NCBI GenBank assembly: GCA_963845565.1
Contig: CAWJSJ010000002.1
Span: 1,632,001-1,696,000 of the forward strand
Origin: an uncultured Methylomirabilota bacterium
Lineage (GTDB): Bacteria; Methylomirabilota; Methylomirabilia; Methylomirabilales; 2-02-FULL-66-22
Length of the DNA stretch: 64,000 nt
Direction of reading: 5' to 3'
The translations under genes and the position numbers were made by a program. This document shows, piece by piece, positions 18,672 to 29,664 of this stretch; the stretch's first letter is position 1; the number at the start of each line of letters is the position of its first letter. Below the pieces are notes generated by a model. It saw nothing but the letters and a program-made list of their open reading frames with translations, made no database searches and was not told the DNA's origin.

Positions 18672-20197
18672 CCTACCTGATCGGCGTGGACGTCGGCACG
18701 CAGAGCGTCCGGAGTTGTCTCTTTGACCTGAAGGGCACGGTGGTGGCCTCCGCCACCCGGCCGCTCGCCACCACCTATCCCAAGCCCGCGTGGGCCGAGC
18801 AGGACCCGGAGGCGTGGTGGCGGGGGGCGGTGGAGACGCTGCAAGAGATCATGCAGGCGTCCCGCGTGAACCCGAAGGACGTGGCGGGGTTGTCCTATGA
18901 CTGCACCGCCTGCACGGTCGTGGCCCTGGCGGAGGACGGGACGCCGCTCCGGCCCGCGCTGCTCTGGATGGACGAGCGCGCGGTCGCCGAGGCGGACGAG
19001 GTGTCGGCGACCGGACACGAGGTCCTCCGGTACTGCGGGGGCAAGGTCTCGCCGCAGTGGATGATCCCCAAGGGGCGCTGGCTGGAGCGACACGACCCGG
19101 CGCTGTTCGCCGGGGCCCGCTGGATCGTGGACGAGGCGGACTTCTTTACGTTCCGGCTCACGGGTCGGATGACCGCCAGCCTGAACACGGCGACGGCCAA
19201 GTGGAACTACGTGCGGCCGCTGGGCGGGTGGCCACCGGCGTTCCTGCGCGCGGCCCGGGCCGAGCGACTGGCGGCCAAGTGGCCGACCGAGGTCCTGCCG
19301 GTGGGCCGCCCGCTGGGACGGCTGCGCGAGGCGGTGGCGCGCGAGGTCGGGCTTTCTCCCGAGACGATCGTGGCGCAGGGCGGGATCGACGCCCATGCCG
19401 GCGAGATCGCGCTCGGCGCGGTCGGTGCAGGGGATCTGGCGCTCATCCTCGGCAGCTCGACCTGCCACATGGCCCAGTCGCCCACCCCGGTGTTCGCCAA
19501 CATCTGGGGGCCGTATCCTGACGCCTTGGTGGACGGCATGTACACCCTGGAGGGCGGGCAGACCGCCACCGGCAGTATCCTCCAGTGGTTGGTGGAGCGG
19601 TTCGGGGGCGACGCCGTCGTTCAGGCCAAGAGCCGGGGCCAGGAGGTGTTCGCCTACCTGGATGGCCTGGCCGACGCCATTCCCGCCGGAAGCGAGGGCC
19701 TGCTGGTTCTCGACTATTTCCAAGGGAACCGGACCCCGCACAAGGATCCGCTGGCGCGGGGCACCGTGGTCGGGCTCACGCTCAAGCATACCCTGGCCCA
19801 CCTCTACCGGGCGGTGGTCGAAGGGATCTGCTTCGGCACGCGGCAGATCCTGGACGATATGGCCACCCATGGCTTCGCCCTCGAACGAATCGTGGCCGGC
19901 GGCGGCGGGGCCAAGAGCCGCCTCTGGACCCAGATCCAGGCCGACGTCCTGGGCCGCCCGATCCATCTGCCCCGCGACAAGGAGACCATGGCGCTGGGCG
20001 CCGCCATCTGGGCCGGTCTGGGCGCCGGAGTCTTCAAGTCGTATGCGGACGCGATCGCGTGCATGATGCACATCGAAGGGGTGGTGACGCCGGATGCCTC
20101 GCGTCGCGATACGTACGACGCACTGTACCGGCTGTACACGGAGCTGTATCCGGCGGCGAAAGCGACGATGCACAGCCTGGCGACGACGACGGCATAG
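18668..20197 (+). CDS. FGGY-family carbohydrate (pentulose/ribulo) kinase
   Basis: GVDVGTQS, WAEQDP, LWMDERA, GGIDA, EGGQ, FQGNRTP. Confidence 0.92.
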   Translation: MTYLIGVDVGTQSVRSCLFDLKGTVVASATRPLATTYPKPAWAEQDPEAWWRGAVETLQEIMQASRVNPKDVAGLSYDCTACTVVALAEDGTPLRPALLWMDERAVAEADEVSATGHEVLRYCGGKVSPQWMIPKGRWLERHDPALFAGARWIVDEADFFTFRLTGRMTASLNTATAKWNYVRPLGGWPPAFLRAARAERLAAKWPTEVLPVGRPLGRLREAVAREVGLSPETIVAQGGIDAHAGEIALGAVGAGDLALILGSSTCHMAQSPTPVFANIWGPYPDALVDGMYTLEGGQTATGSILQWLVERFGGDAVVQAKSRGQEVFAYLDGLADAIPAGSEGLLVLDYFQGNRTPHKDPLARGTVVGLTLKHTLAHLYRAVVEGICFGTRQILDDMATHGFALERIVAGGGGAKSRLWTQIQADVLGRPIHLPRDKETMALGAAIWAGLGAGVFKSYADAIACMMHIEGVVTPDASRRDTYDALYRLYTELYPAAKATMHSLATTTA

Positions 20198-20373
20198 CGC
20201 ATAGCGCATGGCGCGGAGGGTGGAGCAGGGGCCGTGCCCGAAGGGAAATCGGAAATCGCTCTTGGAAGGCGCAAGATGGAAAGGGCAAGGCACACACAGG
20301 GGCAGAGTGTTGAACGCCATGCGCCATGCCCTATGCGCTTTGCTGGTTCTTGACAAGGCACAAGGAGGCGACG

Positions 20374-21790
20374 ATGCAGAAACGCAAGATCGGAATCCTG
20401 ACCTTCTCGGACGGGCGGAAGTTTGCCCACGACTTGCAGTACAAGATGAACAAGGGCTTCCAGGACAAGCTGGTCAAGGTCCTGGAGAAGACCGGCGAGA
20501 TCGAATGCGTTCCGTGCGAGATCATCTGGACGCCGGAGCTGGCCCGATCCGAGTCGAAGAAGCTGGCGGCGGCCGGGGTGGAGGCCACGATTCTCAACTT
20601 CGCCATCTGGGCCTTCCCGCACCTGCCGGCCATCGCCACCGAGTTCGCGCCGGGCCCGTTCCTCTGCCTGTCCAACGTGAACCCCCAGGCGCCCGGCCTG
20701 GTGGCCATGCTGGCGGCGGCGGGTAGCCTGAACCAGATCGGGGTGTTCCACGGCCGGGTCTCCGGGGACGTGGAGGATCCCAAGGTCCTCAAGCAGGTGA
20801 TGGCGTTCCTGCGGGCGGCCTCGGCCGTGAACCGGCTGCGCGGCAAGACCTATGGCCTGTTCGGCGGCCGCTCCATGGGCATGTACACCGCCGTCCCCGC
20901 CCTGGATCAGTGGCGGCGGGAGTTCGGGGTGGACATCGAGCACATCGACCAGTGGGAGATCGTCCGGCGCTCGGAGACGATCGAGCAGAAGCGGGTGACC
21001 AAGGCCCGCCAGTGGTTGGAGAAGCACTGCGGCGAGGTGGCCTACGACGGCAAGGCGCTCACGCCCGAGACGCTGGAGCGGCAGATTCGAAGCTACCATG
21101 CCGTGCGCGAACTGATCGCCGAGTGGGACCTGGACTTCGTGGGGATCAAGGGCCAGCCGGAGTTGACCAACTCCTTCTGCACCATGGATCTCACCGAGGC
21201 GTTCCTGAACGACCCGTACGACTGGGAGGGACCGCACGAGCCGATCGTGTGCGCCACCGAGGCGGACTCGGACGGCGCGCTGACCATGGAGATCTTCAAG
21301 GATATCGCCGGGACGCCCGTCCTCTTCGCGGACGTCCGGCACTACGACGCCGAGGGAGATTTCTGGGACATGGTGAACTCGGGCGAGCACGCGACCTACT
21401 TCGCGGGACGCTCCTTCGACCCCAAGGTGAACCTCCCCAAGGTGAAGCTGGTGCCAGAAATCTTCTACTTTCCGGCGGGCGGCGCCGCCGTGCATCACAT
21501 CGCCGCCCCGGGCGAGGTCACACTGGGCCGACTCACCCGAAAGAACGGCAAGTATTGGATGGCCATCTTGCCGGCGGACTTCGTGACCTTCCCGGAGAAG
21601 AAGGCGAAGAGCCAAGGCGCAGGCGACCACGGGGGAATGGCCGCACGCGTTCACCAAATTGCGCGTCCCGCCCGAGCGGTTCATCGCCACCTATAGCTCG
21701 AATCACATCCACGGTGTCTACGGCGACTACGTGGAAGAACTCAAATGGGTCTGCAAGATCCTGAACATGGAGGCCGAGGTCTATGTCTAA
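20374..21790 (+). CDS. L-fucose/D-arabinose isomerase family protein (frameshift near 21612)
   Basis: GGRSMGM, ATEADSDG, FADVR, NSG motifs. C-terminal WPHAF...SNHIHGVYGD lies in another frame. Confidence 0.85.
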
Positions 21791-22694
21791 CACCGAACCG
21801 ACCCGCGCGCCCCGGCTGCGCGGCGTCATCGCGGCCATGCTCACCCCGATGCGGGACAGGGGCACGCACGTGGACCTGGACGCCACAAAGCACTTGGCGG
21901 GCTGGCTGGTGGAGCGGGGCGTGCATGGGTTGTACATCGCCGGGACCACGGGCGAGGGCCTCTACCTGAGCCCGGAGGAGCATCGAGAGCTGGTCCGGGC
22001 GGTGGTGCACGCGGCCAAGGGTATCCCCGTGGTGGCGCACGTGGGAGCGCTGACGACGGCCCAGGCCGTTGGCCTGGCACGGCAGGCGGTCCAGGCCGGG
22101 GCCACCGCGGTGGCGGCCATCCCGCCCCCGTACTACAGCCTGAGTCGAGAGGAACTCCTCACCTATTTCACCGCGATTGCCCAGGCCGCGGCACCGCTGT
22201 CGCTGTATCTCTATAACATCCCGAGCCACGCGCGGAATGAGCTGCCACCCAGCTTCGTGGCGGATCTCAGGCGGGCAATTCCGAGCATCGCGGGCATCAA
22301 GGACAGCAGCGGGGCCGCCGGGCGCATCCCCGAGCTCGTCAAGACCCTGGGGTCGAGCTGCGACGTCGTCTGCGGGAACGACGACAAGATCCTCCAGGCG
22401 TTTCAGGTCGGCGCCGCCGGGATCGTGGCCTCGGGAGCCAGTGTCTTTCCAGAGATGTATCTGGGGCTACACACGGCCTGGCAGGCCGGGCGAGTGGCGG
22501 AGGCGGAGGAGGCGCAGGCCAAGATCGTCGCCATGCAACAGGCGCTGGGCAACGGGAAGCGGCTGGGATGGTACAAGTACGTCCTGGCGCAGCGGGGGGT
22601 TCCGGTCGGCGGGGTGCGTGGGCCGCTCGCGGATGCCACCCCGGCCGAGCAGGAGGCGATTCAGAGGAGCCTGAAGGAGCTGCAGTTGCTGTAG
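21783..22694 (+). CDS. DapA/NanA-family aldolase
   Basis: GTTGE, YNIP, GIKDS Schiff-base Lys. Confidence 0.9.
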   Translation: MSNTEPTRAPRLRGVIAAMLTPMRDRGTHVDLDATKHLAGWLVERGVHGLYIAGTTGEGLYLSPEEHRELVRAVVHAAKGIPVVAHVGALTTAQAVGLARQAVQAGATAVAAIPPPYYSLSREELLTYFTAIAQAAAPLSLYLYNIPSHARNELPPSFVADLRRAIPSIAGIKDSSGAAGRIPELVKTLGSSCDVVCGNDDKILQAFQVGAAGIVASGASVFPEMYLGLHTAWQAGRVAEAEEAQAKIVAMQQALGNGKRLGWYKYVLAQRGVPVGGVRGPLADATPAEQEAIQRSLKELQLL

Positions 22695-22775
22695 GGCGGA
22701 GAGCCGAGAGCCGAGAGCGGAGGGCCGAGCCGGACGAGCCGAAGTGCGGTCCGACTCACAGAGGAGGAGGTCGTC

Positions 22776-23753
22776 ATGAAGAAGTGGCTGGGTGTGCTGG
22801 CGAGTGTCGGGCTGTTGTGCGTGTTGGCGACGGCGGTCGAGGCGGGCACGGTGATCCGCTGGGGCGAGACGCAGGCGCCGGATCACATCGCCCTGAAGAT
22901 GATCGAGCGGGTCGCCAAGAAGGTGAGCGATGCCACGCAGGGGCGAATCCAAATCCAGGGCTATCCCTCCAGCCAGCTTGGCAGCTCCAAGGAGATGATC
23001 GAAGCGGTCGTCCTGGGTACCCAGCAGGCGGTGACCGATGGGACGGCGAACTTCGCGCAGTGGGTGCCGAGCATCGGGGTCACCGAGGCGCCCTATGTCT
23101 GGCGCGACGCCGCGCATCTCGCCAAGGTCATGGCAGGCCCCATCGGTGAGGATCTCAACAGGCAGCTCATCGAGAAGCGGGGTGTCCGCATCCTGGGGAC
23201 GACCTACTACGGGGTCCGGCAGCTCACCACCACCAACAAGGCGGTCCGGACCGTCGCGGACATGAAGGAGTTCAAGCTCCGCGTGCCGGAGAACGAGATC
23301 TTCCTGGCCATGGCCCGCTCGTGGGGGGCGAAGCCGACGCCCATGACCTTTGGCGAGCTCTACCTCGCGCTCCGGCAGAATGTGGTGGACGGTCAGGAGA
23401 ACCCGCTGCCCACCATCGACTCCGGGAAGTTCTTCGAGGTGCAGAAGTACCTCGTCCTCACCGCACATATCCTGACGCCCCGGATCGTGGCGATGAACGA
23501 GAAGTTCTGGCAGGGGCTCCCGGCGGCCGATCGCCAGGTGATCAGCGAAGCACTGGCGGAGGGGATCGCCTGGAACAATCAGCAAACCGTGGCGGCGGAG
23601 CAGACGTTGGTGGACAAGTTCAAGAAGGCGGGGATGGAAGTGATCCAGCCGGACTACGAATCGTTCCGCAAGCCGGTGCTGGACACGGTGCCCAAGATGT
23701 TCGAGTCGCGGTGGGGCAAGGGCCTGTTCGAGCGGATCGTGGACACCAAATGA
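22776..23753 (+). CDS. dctP: TRAP substrate-binding protein DctP
   Basis: YPSSQLG, KLRVP, ELYLAL..VVDGQENP. Confidence 0.93.
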   Translation: MKKWLGVLASVGLLCVLATAVEAGTVIRWGETQAPDHIALKMIERVAKKVSDATQGRIQIQGYPSSQLGSSKEMIEAVVLGTQQAVTDGTANFAQWVPSIGVTEAPYVWRDAAHLAKVMAGPIGEDLNRQLIEKRGVRILGTTYYGVRQLTTTNKAVRTVADMKEFKLRVPENEIFLAMARSWGAKPTPMTFGELYLALRQNVVDGQENPLPTIDSGKFFEVQKYLVLTAHILTPRIVAMNEKFWQGLPAADRQVISEALAEGIAWNNQQTVAAEQTLVDKFKKAGMEVIQPDYESFRKPVLDTVPKMFESRWGKGLFERIVDTK

Positions 23754-24274
23754 TCTCGACCACGCAACAGGACCGCGCGCCGTCAGCCGCCTTCGCGCGG
23801 CTGACGGCCGCGCTCGACCGAGGGGCGTGTTGGGCCTGCATCGGGCTCTTCGCCGCCATCCTGGGGATCATGGTGCTCCAGGTGGCGTTCCGGTACGTGT
23901 TGAATTCTCCCTTAGTCTGGACCGAAGAGTTGGCCAGGATTCTCTACATCTGGGCCTGCTACCTGGGGGCGCCGGTGGCCCTGCGACGCGGCAATCACGT
24001 CACGATCCTGTTTGTCCTGGACCGGTTGCCCCAGGGTGTGGGCCGCCTCGTGGCGTTGGGAATCCAGGGCATCTCGCTGGTGTTCTTCGTAGGGCTCGCG
24101 GTGCTCGGGACCAGCCTCATGATCCGGTCGCACACGGTTGACGCCATCACGCTCCCGATTCCCTGGTCGGCGATTTACCTGGCCGTGCCGCTGTCGGCCG
24201 TCTTGATGATTCTCCAGACCCTCGCGGGCGGGTGGCGCCTGGTCCAGGGCGGGGGCGAGGAGGCGCGCGCATGA
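23750..24274 (+). CDS. dctQ: TRAP small permease DctQ
   Basis: RYVLN.PLVWTEELAR. ATGA overlap with dctP. Confidence 0.9.
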   Translation: MISTTQQDRAPSAAFARLTAALDRGACWACIGLFAAILGIMVLQVAFRYVLNSPLVWTEELARILYIWACYLGAPVALRRGNHVTILFVLDRLPQGVGRLVALGIQGISLVFFVGLAVLGTSLMIRSHTVDAITLPIPWSAIYLAVPLSAVLMILQTLAGGWRLVQGGGEEARA

Positions 24275-25548
24275 CCGTCGGGCCGCTGATCTGGATCTGG
24301 CTGGGGCTGATGGTCATCGGCACGCCCCTTTTCATCAGCATGGGGTTTTCCTGCTTGGTCTATCTCTGGGCCAACGGCGAGGTGCTCCTCTCCGTTCCGC
24401 AACGGCTGACGGCTGCCGCCAACTCGTTTCCCCTGCTGGCCGCTCCCTTCTTCATGCTGACCGGGATGGCCATGAACACCGCGGGCGTCACGAGTCGCAT
24501 CTACGATTTCTGCGAGTGCCTGGCGGGGCGATTCCGGGGCGGGCTGGCCCACGTCAACGTCATCGGCAGCGTGATCTTCGCCGGGATGTCCGGCTCCGCG
24601 GTGGCCGACGCGGCGGGCCTCGGGACCATCGAGATCAAGGCCATGACCGACGAGGGGTATCCCTTGCCCTTTGCGGCCGCCGTCACGGCGGCGTCGGCCA
24701 CGATCGGTCCCATCATTCCCCCCAGCGTTCCGCTCCTGATTTACGGAGTCGTTGCGGACGTGTCCATCGGTCGGCTCTTCGCCGGGGGATTCATTCCAGG
24801 GTTGCTCATGGCCGCGGCGCTCATGGTCCAGATCCGTTTCATGGCCAAGAAGCGCGGCTTCGGCGCCCACCGCGCGCCCACCTGGCCGGAGTTTCGCACC
24901 AAAAGCGGGAAAGCTTTTCTGTCGCTCATGACACCCGTCATTCTGTTCGGCGGGATGATGATGGGCGTGTTCACGCCCACCGAGGCGGCGTTCGCGGCGG
25001 CCACCTACGCGCTGATCCTGGGACTGCTGGTGTATCGGGAAATCAAGTGGCGCGATCTGCCCAAGCTGTTCCTGGATACCGTGGAAACCAATGCCGTCGT
25101 CCTGATGCTGGTCATGACGGCGTCCCTGCTCGGGTGGGTGCTGGCTCGCGCGCAGGTTCCCCAGATGCTCGGGGAGTGGATTCTCGGGACGACGCGCAGT
25201 CCGCTCCTGATTCTCCTGCTGATCAACGTGTTCCTGATCATCGTCGGCTGCTTCATGGAGACGCTGGCGGCCTTGCTCATTTTGACACCGGTGTTCATGC
25301 CGGTGATCAAGGCGGTCGGCATTGACCCGGTGCATTTCGGGTTGGTCATGGTCCTGAATCTGATGATCGGGACGCTCACGCCGCCCGTCGGAATCGTCCT
25401 GTTCGTCGTGGCGCGCGTGGCCAAGCTCCCCTTCGAGGAGGTGACGCGAGCGACGGCGCCGTTCTTGGTTCCCTTGATCGTGGTGCTGCTCTTGATCACG
25501 GTGTTTCCGGAGTTGGTTCTATGGCTACCGCGCTTGGTTTTTGGCTGA
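24271..25548 (+). CDS. dctM: TRAP large permease DctM
   Basis: GMSGSAVAD, IIPPS, TPTEA, TPPVG. Confidence 0.93.
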   Translation: MTVGPLIWIWLGLMVIGTPLFISMGFSCLVYLWANGEVLLSVPQRLTAAANSFPLLAAPFFMLTGMAMNTAGVTSRIYDFCECLAGRFRGGLAHVNVIGSVIFAGMSGSAVADAAGLGTIEIKAMTDEGYPLPFAAAVTAASATIGPIIPPSVPLLIYGVVADVSIGRLFAGGFIPGLLMAAALMVQIRFMAKKRGFGAHRAPTWPEFRTKSGKAFLSLMTPVILFGGMMMGVFTPTEAAFAAATYALILGLLVYREIKWRDLPKLFLDTVETNAVVLMLVMTASLLGWVLARAQVPQMLGEWILGTTRSPLLILLLINVFLIIVGCFMETLAALLILTPVFMPVIKAVGIDPVHFGLVMVLNLMIGTLTPPVGIVLFVVARVAKLPFEEVTRATAPFLVPLIVVLLLITVFPELVLWLPRLVFG

Positions 25549-25800
25549 CGAATCGGCCACTGCGAGATGGCAACGGCCGGAAGGTGCGAATAGTGAGGTA
25601 GCCCCACGCGTCTGTTCTGGCAGGCGTCGAGCGGCCCGCATGGTGCGGCGTCATGTGGGCGTGCGACGAATCATCCTCTTTTCTGATTCTCTGACGGATA
25701 GAAAAGTCCGTTGACAGGCATCCTCGGCTTTGGGTAGGGTGGGAGCCAGAACAGGCTGGCGGACGTCAACTTTCGGCCTTTCGGGGGATAGGAGGTTTTC

Positions 25801-27159
25801 ATGAAGACGCGGAAGCAGAATCCACAGGGTTCTCGGGGGATCACTCGCCGGGACGTGCTTCGTCTGGGTGCCGGGGTGGCTGCCGGAGCGGCGGTCGGGC
25901 CGTTCGTCCTGCGGGTGGCGGGCGCGGGCGAAGCGTTCAACTGGCAGCGCTTCAAGGGGAGCAAGATCTTCATCCAGTTCACCAAGAACCCCTGGGCCGA
26001 CACCATGGAGAAGTTGCTTCCGGACTTCGAGAAGCAGACCGGCATCAAGGCCGAGTTCGCCACGCTGCCGGAGATCCAGGCGCGCCAGAAACTGACGGTG
26101 GAGTTCACCGCCGGCTCCGGCGGCATCGACGTCTGGTACACCAGCATGCACGTGGAGAAGCGGCGCTTCTGGAGGTCGGGCTGGTACTATGACGTCAGCA
26201 AGTTCCTCAAGGATCCGACGATGACCGCGCCGGATTATGACTGGAACGACATGGCCGCGGGGGCCAAGGCGATCGCCACCCAGTCGGACGGGAGCATTTC
26301 CGGACTGCCGGCCTTCGTGGATCCCTGGATCCTGTTTTACCGGAAGGATCTGTTCGCGCAGAAGGGGCTGAAGCCGCCCAAGACCCTGGCCGAGATGGAG
26401 GAGTTCGCCCAGAAGTTTCACGATGCCCCCAAGTTCTATGGGTTTGTGGCCCGCGGGCTGAAGAACGCCAACGCGCCGGCCTGGGACTGGGTGCTCTTCA
26501 GCATGGGGGGGAATTTCCAGACGAAGGACGGCAAGGCATCCGTCAACACGCCCGAGGCGGTGAAGGCGATGGACTACTACGCCGGGATGCTGAGGCGCTT
26601 CGCCCCGCCCGGCGTGGTCAACTTCAACTGGTACGAGTGCAGCAGCGCCTTCATGCAGGACCAGGTGGCCCAGTACTTCGACGGGGTCAACTTCGCCAGC
26701 CAGTTCGAGGACAAGGAAAAGTCCAAGGTCGCCGGCAAGGTCGGCTACGCGGTGCTCCCCGCCGGGCCGGGCGGCCACTTCTCGCCGATCTTCGGCAACG
26801 CGGTGGCGGTCAGTTCCCAGAGCAAGGTCCCGGGGCCGGCCTACTTCTTCGCCCAGTGGGCCACCTCCAAGCAGAGTGCGGTCAAGGAGTTGCTGGCGGG
26901 CACCGGCAGCGCCCGGACGTCGGTCTGGAACGACCCCGAGGTCAAGGCCAAGGCCAAGATGCCGGCCGACTGGTCGCAGGCCTACGTGGACAGCCTGAAG
27001 ATCGGCCGGCTGGGACTGCCCGAGATCGTGGCCGTCACCGAGTACCGGGACATCATCGGTGTGGCCATCCAGAAGGCCATCGAGGGCGCGAAGTCGGCCG
27101 ACGTGCTCGCGGCCGCCCAGAAGGAGTTCCAGGAGGTGCTGGACAAGACCGAGAAATAG
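25801..27159 (+). CDS. Sugar ABC transporter substrate-binding protein (Tat signal), paralog 1
   Basis: TRRDVL twin-arginine signal, FYRKDLF, GYAVLPAGP. TTGACA promoter at 25711. Confidence 0.9.
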   Translation: MKTRKQNPQGSRGITRRDVLRLGAGVAAGAAVGPFVLRVAGAGEAFNWQRFKGSKIFIQFTKNPWADTMEKLLPDFEKQTGIKAEFATLPEIQARQKLTVEFTAGSGGIDVWYTSMHVEKRRFWRSGWYYDVSKFLKDPTMTAPDYDWNDMAAGAKAIATQSDGSISGLPAFVDPWILFYRKDLFAQKGLKPPKTLAEMEEFAQKFHDAPKFYGFVARGLKNANAPAWDWVLFSMGGNFQTKDGKASVNTPEAVKAMDYYAGMLRRFAPPGVVNFNWYECSSAFMQDQVAQYFDGVNFASQFEDKEKSKVAGKVGYAVLPAGPGGHFSPIFGNAVAVSSQSKVPGPAYFFAQWATSKQSAVKELLAGTGSARTSVWNDPEVKAKAKMPADWSQAYVDSLKIGRLGLPEIVAVTEYRDIIGVAIQKAIEGAKSADVLAAAQKEFQEVLDKTEK

Positions 27160-27271
27160 CGGCAGGAGATTGCACGGTCCGTGGCGCTCGGGAATCCGGG
27201 CGCCTGGGCCGCGCCGGCGGGGGCGCTGTGCCCCCATCCGTCTAACGCGCCACGGCAGCGAGGAGGTCGCG

Positions 27272-28630
27272 ATGAAGAAGGGGACACGCCAAACAGTCGG
27301 TTCTCGGGGAATGACGCGCCGAGACGTGCTGCGCCTGGGGGCCACGGTGGCCGCCGGGGCCGCGGTCGGTCCGTTCATTCACACGCCGGGGCATGGCCAG
27401 ACCTTCAACTGGCAGCGATTCAAAGGGAAGGAGCTGTACCTGCTCCTCTACAAGCACCCCTTCGTGGACGAGATGGTGAAGCATATCCCTGAGTTCGAGT
27501 CGCTCACGGGTATCAAGGCGAAGTACGAGGTGCTGCCCGAGGTGCAGGGCCGGCAGAAGTTCACGGTGGAGATGACCGCCGGAAGCGGCGGGGTTGACGC
27601 CTGGCATGCCAGCATGCACGTCGAGAAGCGGCGGGCCTGGAAATCGGGCTGGTTCCAGCCACTCAACACGTTCCTGGAGGACAAGAGCCTGACGGCCCCC
27701 GACTTCGACTGGAACGACTTCACTGAGGGGGCCCGGAGCGATGTCACCCAGCCCGACAAGACCATCAGTGCGCTGCCGACGTTCGTGGATCCCTTCGTCA
27801 TGTTCTACCGGAAGGACCTCTTCCAGCAGAAGGGGTTCAAGCCGCCGAAGACCATGGCCGAGTGGGAAGAGCAGGCCAAGGCGTTCCAGAATCCGCCAAA
27901 CATGTACGGGTTCGTGGCGCGCGGCCTGAAGAACGCCAATGCGACTCCCTGGGCCTACGTGATCTTCAACTTCGGCGGCAAGTACATCAGCCCGGCCAAC
28001 GACTCCCTCCTCAATACCCCCGAGTGGGTGAAGGCCATGGACTGGTACGCCGGGATGCTGAAGCGGTTCGCGCCTCCCGGCGTGGTGAACTTCAACTGGT
28101 ACGAGTGTAGCTCGGCGTTCATGCAGGGCCAGGTGGCCACGTACTACGATGGTGTGAACTTCGCCAGCCAGTTCGAGGACCCCGCCAAGTCCAAGATCGC
28201 GGGGAAGGTCGGTTACGCGGTCTTGCCCGCCGGCCCCGCCGGCCCCGCCACCCCGACGTTCACCAATGCCATGGCCGTCAGCGCCCAGAGCCGGAACAAG
28301 GAAGCCGCCTACTTCTTCATCCAGTGGGCGACGAATAAGAAGAATTTCATCCGGGAACTCCTGGCGGGCGTCGGCGTGGGCCGGGTCTCGACCTGGAGCG
28401 AGCCCGAGGTGAAGGCCAAGCCCAAGATGCCGGCCGACTGGTACGACGCTTACCTGGCCAGCTTGAAGATCGGGCGCGCCGGCCTGCCCGAGATCGTGGA
28501 CGTGACCCAGTACCGGGACATCATCGGCGTGGGGATCCAGAAGGCCATCGAGGGGGCCAAGTCAGCCGACGTGATGGCCCAGGCCCACAAGGAGTTCCAG
28601 GAATTGCTGGAGCGGACCGAGAAGAAGTAG
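27272..28630 (+). CDS. Sugar ABC transporter substrate-binding protein (Tat signal), paralog 2
   Basis: TRRDVL signal and long stretches identical to paralog 1 (APPGVVNFNWYECSSAFMQ). Confidence 0.9.
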   Translation: MKKGTRQTVGSRGMTRRDVLRLGATVAAGAAVGPFIHTPGHGQTFNWQRFKGKELYLLLYKHPFVDEMVKHIPEFESLTGIKAKYEVLPEVQGRQKFTVEMTAGSGGVDAWHASMHVEKRRAWKSGWFQPLNTFLEDKSLTAPDFDWNDFTEGARSDVTQPDKTISALPTFVDPFVMFYRKDLFQQKGFKPPKTMAEWEEQAKAFQNPPNMYGFVARGLKNANATPWAYVIFNFGGKYISPANDSLLNTPEWVKAMDWYAGMLKRFAPPGVVNFNWYECSSAFMQGQVATYYDGVNFASQFEDPAKSKIAGKVGYAVLPAGPAGPATPTFTNAMAVSAQSRNKEAAYFFIQWATNKKNFIRELLAGVGVGRVSTWSEPEVKAKPKMPADWYDAYLASLKIGRAGLPEIVDVTQYRDIIGVGIQKAIEGAKSADVMAQAHKEFQELLERTEKK

Positions 28631-28725
28631 GTCCGCCGGATTCGAACGAAACGCCTGGCTCCTCCGCCCGAGGGCGGGGCGGAGGGGCCAGGCGTTTCAT
28701 CCACAGGGCAAGGTAGGGTGACAGG

Positions 28726-29664
28726 ATGGCAGAGCACGCATCGCTGACCCCGTTCGCCCCCGACGTCCGTGCGGGGGGATTCGGCCTCCGGCTCTCTCGC
28801 TTCATCCACCGAAACGCCCGCTACATCTTCCCGGCGCCCGCCTTTCTGGTGGTGGGCCTCATCATCGTCTACCCGGTCATCTACACGGGCTGGATGAGCC
28901 TGCAGGAATGGTTCGCCTCCAGCCTGACGCTGCCCAAGTTCATCGGCATGGACAACTACCAGAAGATCCTGACCGCCGATCCCCGGTTCCGGGAGGCCTT
29001 CTTCCGGACGCTCTACTTCACGCTCATCGCCGTCACGGTGGAGACGGCGCTGGGTGTCACGATGGCCGTCGTCTTCAACCGAGAGTTCTGGGGCAAGGGG
29101 CTCGTCCGCACGCTCTCCATCCTGCCCATGATGGCCACGCCGACCGCCATCTCGCTGGTCTTCGTCATGATGTACCACCCGACGCTGGGCGTGCTGAATT
29201 ACCTGGTGACACGGCTCGGGCTGCCGCTCTTCACCTGGACCTACAGCAGCAAGACGGCGCTCTACGCCATCGCCCTGGTAGACGTCTGGGAGTGGACGCC
29301 GCTCATCATGCTCATCGCCATGGCGGGCCTGGCGTCGTTGCCCAAGGAGCCGTACGAGTCGGCGAAGATCGACGGGGCCAGCGCGTTCCAGTGCTTCTAT
29401 CTGATCACGCTGCCCCTGCTCCGCCCGACGCTGGTGGTGGCCATCCTCTTCCGCGCCATCGACGCCCTCAAGACCTTCGACATCATCTTCGTCATGACCC
29501 AGGGCGGGCCGTCCAACGCCTCGGAGACGATCAACATCCTGCTGTTCAACCAGGCGTTCTCCTATTTCAACATGGGCTACGCCTCGTCCATGGCCGTGGC
29601 GCTGTTCGCGATCATCATGGGGATCTGCCTGATCCTGATGAAGGTGCGGAGGGTGGGATGGTAG
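28726..29664 (+). CDS. Carbohydrate ABC permease (MalF-like)
   Basis: EAA loop YESAKIDGA, MTQGGP. Confidence 0.93.
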   Translation: MAEHASLTPFAPDVRAGGFGLRLSRFIHRNARYIFPAPAFLVVGLIIVYPVIYTGWMSLQEWFASSLTLPKFIGMDNYQKILTADPRFREAFFRTLYFTLIAVTVETALGVTMAVVFNREFWGKGLVRTLSILPMMATPTAISLVFVMMYHPTLGVLNYLVTRLGLPLFTWTYSSKTALYAIALVDVWEWTPLIMLIAMAGLASLPKEPYESAKIDGASAFQCFYLITLPLLRPTLVVAILFRAIDALKTFDIIFVMTQGGPSNASETINILLFNQAFSYFNMGYASSMAVALFAIIMGICLILMKVRRVGW

